A stretch of DNA of 42,461 nt from Bacteroidales bacterium (GCA_900752535.1 CAADVV010000370.1:1-42461), one strand, 5' to 3'; shown: positions 1 through 9,280, counted from the first letter of the stretch. Notes: a model not told the origin generated them from the sequence alone. Numbers and translations: made by a program.

Positions 1-269
1 CCCCCCCCCCCCCCGCCGTAACGGACTGTCTGGCAAATGCCGTGTACCGGGTCGTTTCCCACGCCCGACACGATGCCGCTGGCCACAGCCGACAGCATGT
101 AGTACCGCGCTTTGAAGTCTATCCCGTGATGAAAGAACTTTTCTCCCGTTGTCGGGTGTACCTGCTCACCGTAACCGAGCGACAGTTTCACGTCTTTTCC
201 CCGCGGCTCTTCGAACGGCATACAGTAGCCGCTGTCCGAGTGCAGGATCATTTCTTCCGTATATTTCAT
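1..269 (-). CDS. M23/LytM-family peptidase, partial (C-terminus runs off the window)
   Basis: Absent from the ORF track because there is no stop in the window. Reverse-strand ATG at 269 gives MKYTEEMILHSDSGYCMPFEEPRGKDVKLSLGYGEQVHPTTGEKFFHHGIDFKARYYMLSAVASGIVSGVGNDPVHGICQTVRYG... This carries the HxxxD (HHGID) motif. The frame then reads into the terminal poly-C/G tract. Confidence 0.6.
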   Translation of the reverse strand, partial: MKYTEEMILHSDSGYCMPFEEPRGKDVKLSLGYGEQVHPTTGEKFFHHGIDFKARYYMLSAVASGIVSGVGNDPVHGICQTVRYGGGGG

Positions 270-294
270 TGTGATATATATTTTTTATGTGTTC

Positions 295-960
295 CTACCT
301 TCTCATTCCTCCGCTTTGCGCTTGTTCCTCCGGAGAGAGTGTCGGCGTCTGTGTCCTCGATACCGTTTCCGAGGGAACCGTGCGGACAACGCCCGCATTG
401 TTGCCGATAAGCATCATGCCCAGGAACAGACCGGCGATTTTACCCAGCCAGCCGGAACGTCCGAACACGAGGTACGCCGCCGCAATCAGTCCTGCAATGT
501 TCAATCCCGACACATTGCCTCCTCCGAGGTTTCGCAAAAAGCCGCTAAGCATGTTGAACAACCCACCGCCGGAGGCTTCCCGCAGGAAGTTCGATACCCC
601 GTTCAGTTTCGAGTCCGCGCCTCCCACAGCCTCGCCTATGGCAGAGACCGTCTCTCCGGCTTTGTCTTTCAGTTCCTTCATGTCTTCGGTCGTACCTGCA
701 AGGGCATCCGTGGCGAATTTGCCGACTACGGCCTCACTGACGATCCGTGCGACACTTTTGTCGGTGGTCAGTTTTTCCCAGCCCACATAGCCGACGGCAG
801 CTCCGGTGGTGGCCATTTTGACCGCCTGCCCGGCTCCCCGAAGGGTCTGCGAGGGATGCAGTACCGCATGACCGGCACTTTTTCCCGTCGCATTGGCGGC
901 CTTGCCCATGCCTTTCATGGCCTTTCCGCCGTATTTCAATATCGTATCCCAAGCTCCCAT
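295..960 (-). CDS. Hypothetical Gly/Ala/Lys-rich protein with C-terminal hydrophobic segments
   Basis: 221-aa ORF packed in the minus-strand operon. Hydrophobic stretches GLNIAGLIAAAYLVF and IAGLFLGMMLIG. No family recognised. Confidence 0.55.
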   Translation of the reverse strand: MGAWDTILKYGGKAMKGMGKAANATGKSAGHAVLHPSQTLRGAGQAVKMATTGAAVGYVGWEKLTTDKSVARIVSEAVVGKFATDALAGTTEDMKELKDKAGETVSAIGEAVGGADSKLNGVSNFLREASGGGLFNMLSGFLRNLGGGNVSGLNIAGLIAAAYLVFGRSGWLGKIAGLFLGMMLIGNNAGVVRTVPSETVSRTQTPTLSPEEQAQSGGMRR

Positions 961-974
961 ATTTTTATTCTTTT

Positions 975-1658
975 TTAGGGTCTAACATTTCTTCCATTTT
1001 GCCGCCATCGTCTTTGGGCGGCTTTCACAATGTCGTACTTGTCCGCAACAGGGCGTGCGCCCTCGTCGATTTCTCGCCAGATGTCGCCCATCGTTGTATA
1101 TTTCACGGCTTTGGTCAGCCGTTGCAGCGTCCGGTTCATCAACCGGAGTTTCGGACGTATGCCGAACACGATCTCCATACGTTCCCTTTCCGTCATCTTG
1201 TTGTCCGACAGGCAGGCCGTGCGGATGTCGTTCACAATCTCCACGCTGTTCAATATCATCTCCCGGTAAATCTGGTTGCGCCGCGTGGAGAGGGCGACAG
1301 CCAATGCACCCGTCGAATGTCTGCTCAATTGTTTGGTGAAGTCGCCCATGTTGTCCGTAAGCTGCGATATTTCATGGTAGAAACCGTAAATCTGCGCCGC
1401 ATAGCAGACAATCGAACGAAACGAGTTCAAGTAATTGTTGAACTCCCGTTGCAAGTCCGTCGTGCCTTCCACTTCTTCCTTTGTCCACACATGCCCTGTG
1501 GTTTGCATCAGCATGACCTTCTCTTGGTTTTTCAGTTCCTTCTCGGCCTTGTTGGTATAAACCAGAATCATTCCCGCAAGGGTCGCATCGTTCTGCGCCT
1601 GTACCTTCGAGATACCGGCGCACAGCAACAGAATCCATATCGAGATTATCCGCTTCAT
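975..1658 (-). CDS. Secreted hypothetical protein (paralog of 1686..2381)
   Basis: Signal peptide MKRIISIWILLLCAGISKVQAQ. Same length class, same MK.RIISIW start and same basic RW(R)-rich C-terminus as its neighbour. Confidence 0.65.
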   Translation of the reverse strand: MKRIISIWILLLCAGISKVQAQNDATLAGMILVYTNKAEKELKNQEKVMLMQTTGHVWTKEEVEGTTDLQREFNNYLNSFRSIVCYAAQIYGFYHEISQLTDNMGDFTKQLSRHSTGALAVALSTRRNQIYREMILNSVEIVNDIRTACLSDNKMTERERMEIVFGIRPKLRLMNRTLQRLTKAVKYTTMGDIWREIDEGARPVADKYDIVKAAQRRWRQNGRNVRP

Positions 1659-1685
1659 CGTTCTTCGTTTTTTATTATCCTTTTT

Positions 1686-2381
1686 TCAACGCGCGGTGGC
1701 TGCCGCCCTGCGCCAGCGGGACATGGCCAGACGGGCCACCTCGCCGTTGCTGCGGTCTATCATACCCGCCGTTATGTTGTTCCACACGTCGTTCAGGGTA
1801 TAATAGCGCAGGCTCAAATAGAGCAGATGCAGTTTCCGGCTGAATGCCGCGAGCTGATCGTTCAAAGCCCACAGGGTTTTGCTCCGTTCCGCCCCCGTGA
1901 GCATGTTTTCCGTTCCGCCTTTGGCCACGGCATCGTTCAGCAGCGTGAACACGGAGACCAGTTCCGTCGCTGTCTCGATATAGAGGTTGTTCATGTTCAT
2001 GCTGGCGACGATACCCTGCGGATTGTTCCGTATCGCTTTGCCCAATTTTTCCAGTGTGAGGAAAATCCGTACACCGTCATTATAGAGGTGCGTGCAGGCT
2101 TTCAGCGACGAGGCATAGCCGCTCGCCGTCTTGAGGTAGCTGTTGTACTGTTTCTCCCACTCGTGTATGCGGTTGAACTCTGCTGCGATACTGTTTTGCA
2201 TCAGGGCGGTCTGCGTCTGTCCTTTGATTTGTTTGTCTATCTGGCCGTTAATCAATTCATTGCCCTCGGCCAACGCCGCCCATTCCAGCGGGTTTGAGGC
2301 GGCAATCTGCGCCTTGGCCAGTTGCGGAAGCAGACCGGCAAGTACAACACACACCCATATACTAATGATTCGTAATTTCAT
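1686..2381 (-). CDS. Secreted hypothetical protein (paralog of 975..1658)
   Basis: The track ORF runs to 2420. The internal ATG at 2381 gives MKLRIISIWVCVVLAGLLPQLAKAQ, which matches the paralog's start and signal peptide. Confidence 0.6.
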   Translation of the reverse strand: MKLRIISIWVCVVLAGLLPQLAKAQIAASNPLEWAALAEGNELINGQIDKQIKGQTQTALMQNSIAAEFNRIHEWEKQYNSYLKTASGYASSLKACTHLYNDGVRIFLTLEKLGKAIRNNPQGIVASMNMNNLYIETATELVSVFTLLNDAVAKGGTENMLTGAERSKTLWALNDQLAAFSRKLHLLYLSLRYYTLNDVWNNITAGMIDRSNGEVARLAMSRWRRAAATAR

Positions 2382-2859
2382 AGATTCCCTTTTTTCGTTT
2401 ATTGATTTCCACACGTTCACGGATAACCGGCACGATGTCGTTTCTGCGCCGGATACCGATAAGGTCGAGCCTTGGCGTGTTCCGGTCCATCGAGAGAATG
2501 CGAACCGTCTTTAACCCGCAAATCTGTTGCAGGAGGCTCTGGTGTTCTTGAAAGTCCACGATACGGTACAGTTCCATGTAGTCCACCCTGCGTATGAAAA
2601 TGCCGTGTTCGCTGACAAGCTGTTCTTCGCCGACCCTGTAACGTATCCGACGCAGGTAGATGAAGCGATACAGCAGCACGAGGAGCAGAAATAAGGAAAC
2701 GACTCTCGCCATACTGCTCAACGGCAGACCTTCCATGCCGCCGTACACCAGCCCCGCCATGCACACGAACATCAGCGGCAGTTCGTCTATGACGAATTGC
2801 CCGGTATGCGGCCGCAGAAGGATATTCCGCTCGTCTTGTATGGAATGCTGCATAGTCAT
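2362..2859 (-). CDS. Membrane protein with bacterial PH (bPH_2/YdbS-like) domain
   Basis: Two N-terminal hydrophobic helices, then YRVGEEQLVSEHGIFIRRVDYMELYRIVDFQEHQSLLQQICGLKTVRI, as in the bPH_2 pattern. ATGA overlap with the upstream gene. Confidence 0.6.
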   Translation of the reverse strand: MTMQHSIQDERNILLRPHTGQFVIDELPLMFVCMAGLVYGGMEGLPLSSMARVVSLFLLLVLLYRFIYLRRIRYRVGEEQLVSEHGIFIRRVDYMELYRIVDFQEHQSLLQQICGLKTVRILSMDRNTPRLDLIGIRRRNDIVPVIRERVEINKRKKGIYEITNH

Positions 2860-4289
2860 CGGCGAAAATGTGTTTGTCGTTCTTGTTCAGGTTCTTCCTC
2901 TCTGACCGGCTCTTCACGGACCGATTCCTGCTGTTGCTCTGCCAGCAATTGTTCATTCCAGCCTGTATAGCGACAGTCCGGCATTTCACGGGAAATGGCG
3001 ACATCATGCTCCTTGTCGATACCGAGAAAATCCCGTAATTTCTCGCGGAACTCACGGTAACACTTCCTCATGGTATCTATTTGGTCCTGCACATCTTCCG
3101 GGGCACACAACCTGCTCGAACTCATTGACATGGCTTCTTCCCGTTCGGCATCGAATCGTATGCAGCTCTCTTGCAAGCCGCCTTTGGGCAACAGATAAAA
3201 TTCTCCTTCGTCCAGATCATTGCCGTCCGGTATGGAATCGAGATACGGTTTCCGCTCCGGTGTCTCCTCGATGGTGGAGCGTATCGTGCGGCAGATTTCC
3301 TTTTGCAGGGTTTGGGCAAACTTCCACCCCTCCCGACCGGTGTCGAAACAGATATGCTGCCGGGCCGGGATCGTAAGCTCAAGCACGCCTCGCATCTGTT
3401 TCTCGGTAGGTTCGCCGCCCGTTGAGACGAAGACCGCCTTTCGCAGCTCTTGGTTTTTCGCTTGATGAAGCTGGTAGTAGGCCATCGCCTCGCTGGCACT
3501 CTCGAACCAGTAGATATGCTTGGCTTCCGAAAGAGCTGTCCGGGCAGGACTGGCAATCCATACACCTTCCCACGAATGGTTGCCCTCGGTCATGCCGTCG
3601 TAGCTGGAGTTACCGTCCGTGTAGGCGAGTCCTCGCTTCTCGAATCCTACGATCTTATCCGCATCTTCGGGTAACGTCATCGGAAAGGCGAGGCAAGTGC
3701 GCCTCTGACCGTCCTCGCTGTGTCGGGTCGCCAGACAGAAGTCCCGGTGAAAGGTTTGCTGCGTACAGAGGTCGATACCCCTTTTCTCGAAATAGGGTGC
3801 AAACTTCTCCTGCATACCCCTGTCCTGCGGATCGAACTTCTGAATGTTGTAGTCCGCAATGTCGAACGGCCGGGTGTCCCGCTGGGGGTGTTCTGTGCGG
3901 GTTTCCTGTTCGGGAATAGGGTAATGCAGCAGGCTGTAGCATACGAGTTCCACCAGCCGATCCGGATTTATGCCCTCATGGTATTCTGCAAAAAGATGCG
4001 GGTGCTCCTTGATGAACGAAACGACGTTGTATTCCTTCTGCCGGGGCGGTTGGATACAGCACTTCCCGTTCTGTGTGATGACGAACTTGTCGCCCCGGAT
4101 ACGCTTTCCCTCACTATCCGTGCGGATAAACGAAGAGAGACGCAAACCGAAGCGTCGGTTCTGGCGATAACCGGCATCGAGCAGTACATCTCGGATGTCG
4201 ATCCTTTGCAAAAAATCGTCATGTGTAAGTTCTTTGTCATTCATTGTCTTCTCTTTTGTTGTTTCATGTGGGGTGTGCCGCATTGTCAT
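2856..4289 (-). CDS. Toprim/primase-like protein, paralog B (DxD position degenerate)
   Basis: Shares DDFLQR.I.DVL.DAGY, RIRGDKF, IYWFESA..AMAYYQL, VFVSTGG and the tail EPEQERQ..F.R with 4286..5734. The Toprim Glu (WFESA) is kept, but the DxD site reads FDTGREG. An alternative start lies at 4244 (MNDKEL). Confidence 0.7.
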   Translation of the reverse strand: MTMRHTPHETTKEKTMNDKELTHDDFLQRIDIRDVLLDAGYRQNRRFGLRLSSFIRTDSEGKRIRGDKFVITQNGKCCIQPPRQKEYNVVSFIKEHPHLFAEYHEGINPDRLVELVCYSLLHYPIPEQETRTEHPQRDTRPFDIADYNIQKFDPQDRGMQEKFAPYFEKRGIDLCTQQTFHRDFCLATRHSEDGQRRTCLAFPMTLPEDADKIVGFEKRGLAYTDGNSSYDGMTEGNHSWEGVWIASPARTALSEAKHIYWFESASEAMAYYQLHQAKNQELRKAVFVSTGGEPTEKQMRGVLELTIPARQHICFDTGREGWKFAQTLQKEICRTIRSTIEETPERKPYLDSIPDGNDLDEGEFYLLPKGGLQESCIRFDAEREEAMSMSSSRLCAPEDVQDQIDTMRKCYREFREKLRDFLGIDKEHDVAISREMPDCRYTGWNEQLLAEQQQESVREEPVREEEPEQERQTHFRR

Positions 4290-5734
4290 CGGTGGAAACG
4301 TGCTTGCCGTTCCTGTTCGGGTTCTTCTCTTCTGGCCGGCTCTTCGTGAACTGATTCTTGCAGCTTGGCCTTTGCCAAGAGCTGTTCGTTCCAGTCCTTA
4401 TAGCCTTTTTCTGCAGGCTCGTACACGATAAGGTCGGTGCTGTCCTCGCCGGGAGCGGGAAGATTACGGATCGCATCCTCTATGGCCATGATATTTTGTC
4501 TCATGCCCTCCAGTGTTTCCTCACTGGCCGAACCCTCGGCAAGAGCCATCTCGTACTCGTCTTGGCACACCATGCTCATCTCCTGCAAATATCCGTCGCC
4601 GATTGTCCGATAGTCAAGCGTACCATCTTCCCGATAGATTTCTTTGGGACGTAAAAGCGTGCCGATTATCCTGTGAAAGTCGAAGGGTTCGAGTTTTACT
4701 TCGTAGTTCTGGTTCTCCTCGCCACTGATACGGACCAGCAGTTTGTCGTCTGTCGTCACGTTGCTGGTGAATGTCTTGCCCGCATGGGTGAGCGCGAAGT
4801 TGATGGCGAAGATCTGTCCGGCACGGTCCCGGTCGAAGCAGAGATGGTGGTAAGCGCGTGGAGCAGCCTCTATCATGGCTTTGAACTGCTGCTGGCTCGG
4901 TGCCCCACCGGTAGAGACGAACACTTCCTTTCGCAGTTCCTTGTTCCATTTTTGGTTAAGCTGGTAATAAGCCATTGCGTCGTAGGCACTCTCGAACCAA
5001 TAGATACGCTTGGCTTCCGCAAGTGGAGTCTTGGCAGGGCTGGCAATCCACAGCCCCTCGCTCGAATTGCTGCCCTCGGCCTTGCCTTTGTAGCTGCCGC
5101 TTCCGTCCATTCTTGCACGTCCCCGTTCCTCGAAGCCCACGACCGTACCGTCGCCTTTGGGCAAGGTCAGCGGAAAAGCGAGATTGGTGTATGCCGCACC
5201 GTCCTCACGGTGTTTCGTCGCCAGACAGAAATGGCGGTGGAAGGCATATTGCGTGTAGAGGTCGATACCCCGGTTCTTGAAATAAGGATAGAACTTCTTC
5301 TGTGTCTCCCGGTCCTGCGGGTTGAACTTGTGGATGTCGTAGTTTGCGATGTCGAACGGGCGGATGTCCCGCTTGGGCTGGATAATCCGTGTTGTCCGGT
5401 CCTCGATGGGATGGTTCAGCAGCCGGTTGCATACGAGGTTCACCAACCGGTCGGGAGACATGCCCGCACGATATTCTGCGAAAAACTGCGGGTGCTCCTT
5501 GATGAACGAGATGATGTTATAGACTTTCTGCTGTTGGGCTTGGAAACAGCATTTTCCCTGTTGCGTCACGATGAACTTGTCGCCTCGGATACGTCGTCCC
5601 TCGCTGTCTATGCGGACATACGAGGGATAGCGCAGCCCGTCGCGCCGGTTCAGGTGGTAGCCCGCGTCAATCAGCACGTCCTGAATGTTCAGCCTTTGCA
5701 GGAAGTCGTCGTAGGTAAGGTCTCCTTCTCTCAT
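4286..5734 (-). CDS. Toprim/primase-like protein, paralog A (Glu and DxD intact)
   Basis: WFESAYDAMAYYQL (Toprim Glu) and LCFDRDRAGQ (DxD). ATGA overlap with the downstream paralog. Confidence 0.7.
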   Translation of the reverse strand: MREGDLTYDDFLQRLNIQDVLIDAGYHLNRRDGLRYPSYVRIDSEGRRIRGDKFIVTQQGKCCFQAQQQKVYNIISFIKEHPQFFAEYRAGMSPDRLVNLVCNRLLNHPIEDRTTRIIQPKRDIRPFDIANYDIHKFNPQDRETQKKFYPYFKNRGIDLYTQYAFHRHFCLATKHREDGAAYTNLAFPLTLPKGDGTVVGFEERGRARMDGSGSYKGKAEGSNSSEGLWIASPAKTPLAEAKRIYWFESAYDAMAYYQLNQKWNKELRKEVFVSTGGAPSQQQFKAMIEAAPRAYHHLCFDRDRAGQIFAINFALTHAGKTFTSNVTTDDKLLVRISGEENQNYEVKLEPFDFHRIIGTLLRPKEIYREDGTLDYRTIGDGYLQEMSMVCQDEYEMALAEGSASEETLEGMRQNIMAIEDAIRNLPAPGEDSTDLIVYEPAEKGYKDWNEQLLAKAKLQESVHEEPARREEPEQERQARFHR

Positions 5735-5742
5735 AGTTGTCT

Positions 5743-7317
5743 TTATCTCCCTCTTCTCATATCGTTAATATCCTGATTCATCTGTGCCTCGAAATTGCGT
5801 ATGGCCACGTCTCTCGGCGTATCGACACCGGGTTTGAAATACGGGTGTGGCGGGCCACCGAAACGCTCGCCGTAGAACTCCGGACCGTGATGATGATGCC
5901 GCAAGCCGTGGACGACGCCCGCTGTGATGACCGTTCCTGCTGTGAGGGCGGCGAAAATTTTCACGCCGAGACCGCGCTGCGCTTCCGGCCGCATCTTCAT
6001 GTCCACCTCGCTGAATATCTTCGAAAAGATTTTCATGCGATGGTAGTCATCGACCGCAAGGAATTTATCGTAATCCTTCTGGCTGATCTCGTGAGTGATG
6101 ACTTGCCCGTCGATGACGGCCGTCATCTTGTACTTGCCCTCTATGGGGGATGGGTGTACGGCTATCTCGCCGACCTCGACCTCCCTGCCGTGCCGTTCTT
6201 CCCGGTACCAGCCCTTGCGCTCGTCGAGCACGGAAATATCCCGTCCATCGACGGAAGCGGTTGCGCCATACGGCATCTCCTGCCGGAGCTGGTTTTCCAG
6301 AGGGGAGAGGATTTGCTGCTCCTGTTGCTGGCGTTGCGTCAGTTCCTCCTGCACTTCGGGGTGCAAGCCGAGGGCGATACGTCGCTCGCTGTCGAGATCC
6401 GCCATTGTTACCTTGTCGGCGAAATCCGCCCTGATTACCCCGTTCAGGACTTCCAGTCGTTTCTCGACAGGTTGTTCCTCGATGGAGTTGGAGGTCAGGA
6501 CGGCCGTTTCTTCTTCCGTCAGGTCATAGACCATATCGGCGGCCACCTTTTCGGACTGTACGGTCAGGGTCCGTGCCTCCTTATCGACGATAAGACCGTG
6601 GGAGGTAAGACACTCCTGCCATTTCTCGTTGGAAAAATAGACCGGGGAGGCAATCAGCTCCTTGTAGGTACGAGCCGGTTCCGTGCTGCGTGGACGGCTG
6701 ACTATCGGCGTGATGACCGTTTGCAAGTCCTGCAGGACATCGGTCTGTCGTGCGGATTGTATAGGCTGCCCGTCCTTGTACTTGTAATAGAATCCGTAGC
6801 CGCCCGATTGCAATTCGCCCGGCTTCATTCGCCCGTCCCACCGTTCAGGGACAATGGGTGGTCCTGGATAGAACAGTTGTCCGCCGACCCGCCGCAGATG
6901 GAAACCCCATTGGTGGCGTGGCGTCCAACCGAGGAACGGAGGCGGCATACCCAGCCGTCCCACACGTCCGTATTCGCCGATACCGATACGGTAGCCGTGC
7001 AGCCCCATAGCGACACGGCCGTTGGCGTTACGGGCATGGACGAAGTTCTTGGGCATATAAAAGTCTTTCCCTACAATGCTCGTGAACACGTTGTAGGCTT
7101 TCTTGTTGGCCGAGTTTGTCCCCCAGTCCGTCAGGGCCAACATCTGACGCTCGGTAAGGTCGTAGGTCAGCAGCGGCGAGTCGTGCCCCTGCACCACAAG
7201 CCGGTAGCCCGTGCCGTCGCTGACCACGTGGGCCTGCATACCGTTACGCCTCAATATGTCCTGCATTTCGGGTTGCAGGTCCATCATTCGGGGGTTGGTA
7301 TTCTTTCGTATCGCCAT
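5743..7317 (-). CDS. Conserved-looking hypothetical protein with C-terminal TM segment and His run
   Basis: 524-aa ORF in the operon. Hydrophobic GVKIFAALTAGTVITAGVV followed by HGLRHHHHGPEF. No family recognised with confidence. Confidence 0.55.
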   Translation of the reverse strand: MAIRKNTNPRMMDLQPEMQDILRRNGMQAHVVSDGTGYRLVVQGHDSPLLTYDLTERQMLALTDWGTNSANKKAYNVFTSIVGKDFYMPKNFVHARNANGRVAMGLHGYRIGIGEYGRVGRLGMPPPFLGWTPRHQWGFHLRRVGGQLFYPGPPIVPERWDGRMKPGELQSGGYGFYYKYKDGQPIQSARQTDVLQDLQTVITPIVSRPRSTEPARTYKELIASPVYFSNEKWQECLTSHGLIVDKEARTLTVQSEKVAADMVYDLTEEETAVLTSNSIEEQPVEKRLEVLNGVIRADFADKVTMADLDSERRIALGLHPEVQEELTQRQQQEQQILSPLENQLRQEMPYGATASVDGRDISVLDERKGWYREERHGREVEVGEIAVHPSPIEGKYKMTAVIDGQVITHEISQKDYDKFLAVDDYHRMKIFSKIFSEVDMKMRPEAQRGLGVKIFAALTAGTVITAGVVHGLRHHHHGPEFYGERFGGPPHPYFKPGVDTPRDVAIRNFEAQMNQDINDMRRGR

Positions 7318-7342
7318 AATCCGTTGTTAAAAAGGTTTTCCG

Positions 7343-7567
7343 TTATGCGTCTCCGCTCTCCATCGCCGCTTCCAGTTGCTCGTCCTTGTAGTGGACGAAC
7401 TCGGCGGCCGATTCATTTCCCACCATGAGGCCGCGCTCCTTGCAATAGCGGGTATATTCCTCCTGCCATTCGGGTGAGAAATGATTCACATAGTCAAGCC
7501 AGCCGTACTGGCCGCGCTCCATCTTCTCGATAAGTACCTCTTCGGGATAATATTGGTGTTCTGCCAT
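7343..7567 (-). CDS. Small acidic hypothetical protein
   Basis: 74-aa ORF filling the gap between operon genes with a normal composition: MAEHQYYPEEVLIEKMERGQYGWLDYVNHFSPEWQEEY... Confidence 0.5.
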   Translation of the reverse strand: MAEHQYYPEEVLIEKMERGQYGWLDYVNHFSPEWQEEYTRYCKERGLMVGNESAAEFVHYKDEQLEAAMESGDA

Positions 7568-7587
7568 ATTTGATGAATGTTAAGATG

Positions 7588-8346
7588 TTATTTGTGAAGC
7601 CCTGCCGCACGGTTACGCTCGGCGCTTTTCTTCTGTTCGTTCCACAGTTCCTCGGTATATTCCTCTTCGGGAACGTAGTCGAGATTGCCGTCGTCGTCCA
7701 TCACCCAGCAGCCGTACACGCCGAAAGTGTATTTGTCCCACTCGCGTTTGGGTTGTTCTTTCCATTTTTGGCTGTCACCCGAACAGAAGCGGATGCCGGT
7801 CTTGTCGTGCAGGTCGATACCCACTGTGACGGGTTCATCGTCTACGACCAGCGTCAGCGGTTCGCCGTTCTGCATTCCGTTTACCTCTACCGGACCGAGA
7901 TGCATTATTTCGGCCAGCACTTGCAGGTTGCGCCCGATAATCGGCGTGGGGACATACATCACTTGCTTCGTTCCCTCGTCTATCTGCACGAATGCCTTGC
8001 TGTGCCGCCCGTCCGCCGTCTCCACGTCCGCAATGATGGCTTTGCCGTCAAGAAGCTGTTTCTGTTGCGCCTCGTCATAGCGTTCCAGCGGCGAGGATTC
8101 CAGGACGGGATAGAACACCACGTCCGGCCGGCCGTCGTCCCTGCGGACAAGGGCGAAGCGACTGCGGCTCTCTATCAGTTCTCCCTTCTCGTCACGGACA
8201 CGCACCGGAAGCACGGGAGAGTGCCGACCGTCGCAAATCTCATCAAGGACACGCATCGGCAAGTCCTCGATCATCTCCTGTGTAAGCCCGAAGCGAGCCA
8301 GTGTCGGATAGGGCAATTCTGTTAGTTCAAATCGTACTGTATTCAT
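7588..8346 (-). CDS. Conjugative-element protein, DUF4099-like N-terminus (tentative)
   Basis: First gene of the minus-strand operon. The N-terminus FELTELPYPTLARFGLTQEMIEDLPMRVLDEICDGRHSPVLPV resembles the DUF4099 pattern found in Bacteroides CTns. Assigned from memory, not from a search. Confidence 0.5.
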   Translation of the reverse strand: MNTVRFELTELPYPTLARFGLTQEMIEDLPMRVLDEICDGRHSPVLPVRVRDEKGELIESRSRFALVRRDDGRPDVVFYPVLESSPLERYDEAQQKQLLDGKAIIADVETADGRHSKAFVQIDEGTKQVMYVPTPIIGRNLQVLAEIMHLGPVEVNGMQNGEPLTLVVDDEPVTVGIDLHDKTGIRFCSGDSQKWKEQPKREWDKYTFGVYGCWVMDDDGNLDYVPEEEYTEELWNEQKKSAERNRAAGLHK

Positions 8347-8563
8347 ATTTAATTTGTATTTTGAATTATACTTTGCAAAGATAGATTCTTTTCATTTCGC
8401 TGTATATAATAGAATAATATTAGTGTATTAAGAGTGTTTATTTTCATGTTCAAAGTATGATTTTATGCATAAATTCATACTCTGAATGCTTTTTTTGTTG
8501 TACTTTGGTCGAAAAAGGTCGTGGAAACGGGACATCTTGGGCAGAGCTGGTTATATTTGCCGC

Positions 8564-9280
8564 ATGAGAAAGAAACTACTGTTTTTGATGGCGGGTGCTG
8601 CAAGTGTCGCAGGCCCCGTTCAAGCACAATTCAATACGGTTTCGACCGTACCGTCCCGATACAGGGTCGAAGTCGTTTCTACTGATAGGGATAATGTGAC
8701 GACCTTGCCCGGAAACACGCTTTCCGTCCAAGACACTTTACCGTCGGCAGGAGACGCTGCCCCGGCATTGTCTGCCGACACCTGCAAGCACGTATGGATA
8801 GAACGCTATCTTAGCGTAAGCTATCCGCTGCGCCGGATGAAAATCAACTCGCTCTATGGGTATCGGAAAGACCCTTTTACCGGGAAAAGAAAGTTTCACA
8901 ACGGAATCGACCTCCACGCGCGGGGCGACGAGGTAATGGCCATGATGGCGGGAGTGGTAGTGAAAGTCGGGCAGGACAAATCCTCCGGCAAGTATGTAAC
9001 CCTCCGGCATGGAGACTACACGGTCAGCTATTGCCACCTGTCGCGTATCCTTACCCGGAAAGGAGCGGCTATCCGGCCGAGGGATGTCGTCGGCATTACC
9101 GGTTCTACAGGACGCAGCACCGGTGAACACCTGCATATTTCCTGCAAGCTCGACGGCAAAAGTGTCGATCCGTTAATGGTACTGGATTATATCAAGTCCA
9201 TACGCGAAGAGTGCGTGGCGGCACTGGCCGAATCCAGAGAAGCCTCCGCATTAAGTCCTGCGGGTGGAAAACACAGATGA
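8564..9280 (+). CDS. Secreted M23/LytM-family metallopeptidase
   Basis: Start moved to the ATG at 8564, giving signal peptide MRKKLLFLMAGAASVAGPVQAQ. HNGIDLHA (HxxxD) and GEHLHIS (HxH) motifs. Confidence 0.85.
   Translation: MRKKLLFLMAGAASVAGPVQAQFNTVSTVPSRYRVEVVSTDRDNVTTLPGNTLSVQDTLPSAGDAAPALSADTCKHVWIERYLSVSYPLRRMKINSLYGYRKDPFTGKRKFHNGIDLHARGDEVMAMMAGVVVKVGQDKSSGKYVTLRHGDYTVSYCHLSRILTRKGAAIRPRDVVGITGSTGRSTGEHLHISCKLDGKSVDPLMVLDYIKSIREECVAALAESREASALSPAGGKHR

Noticed and set aside
999-7428. Long plus-strand ORFs opposite the backbone operon (999..2297, 3720..4349, 4673..5776, 5737..7428).
   Set aside because: These are shadow ORFs on the antisense strand of GC-rich genes. They have Arg/His/Val/Gln-rich low-information composition and no motifs. 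The minus-strand ORFs have signal peptides, domains and coupled overlaps.
8486-8563. Extended N-termini offered by the track for the M23 peptidase (8486) and for the TonB receptor (15451).
   Set aside because: The internal ATGs at 8564 and 15544 give canonical signal peptides at the very N-terminus. The 15451 extension would also read through the 15476-15512 terminator.
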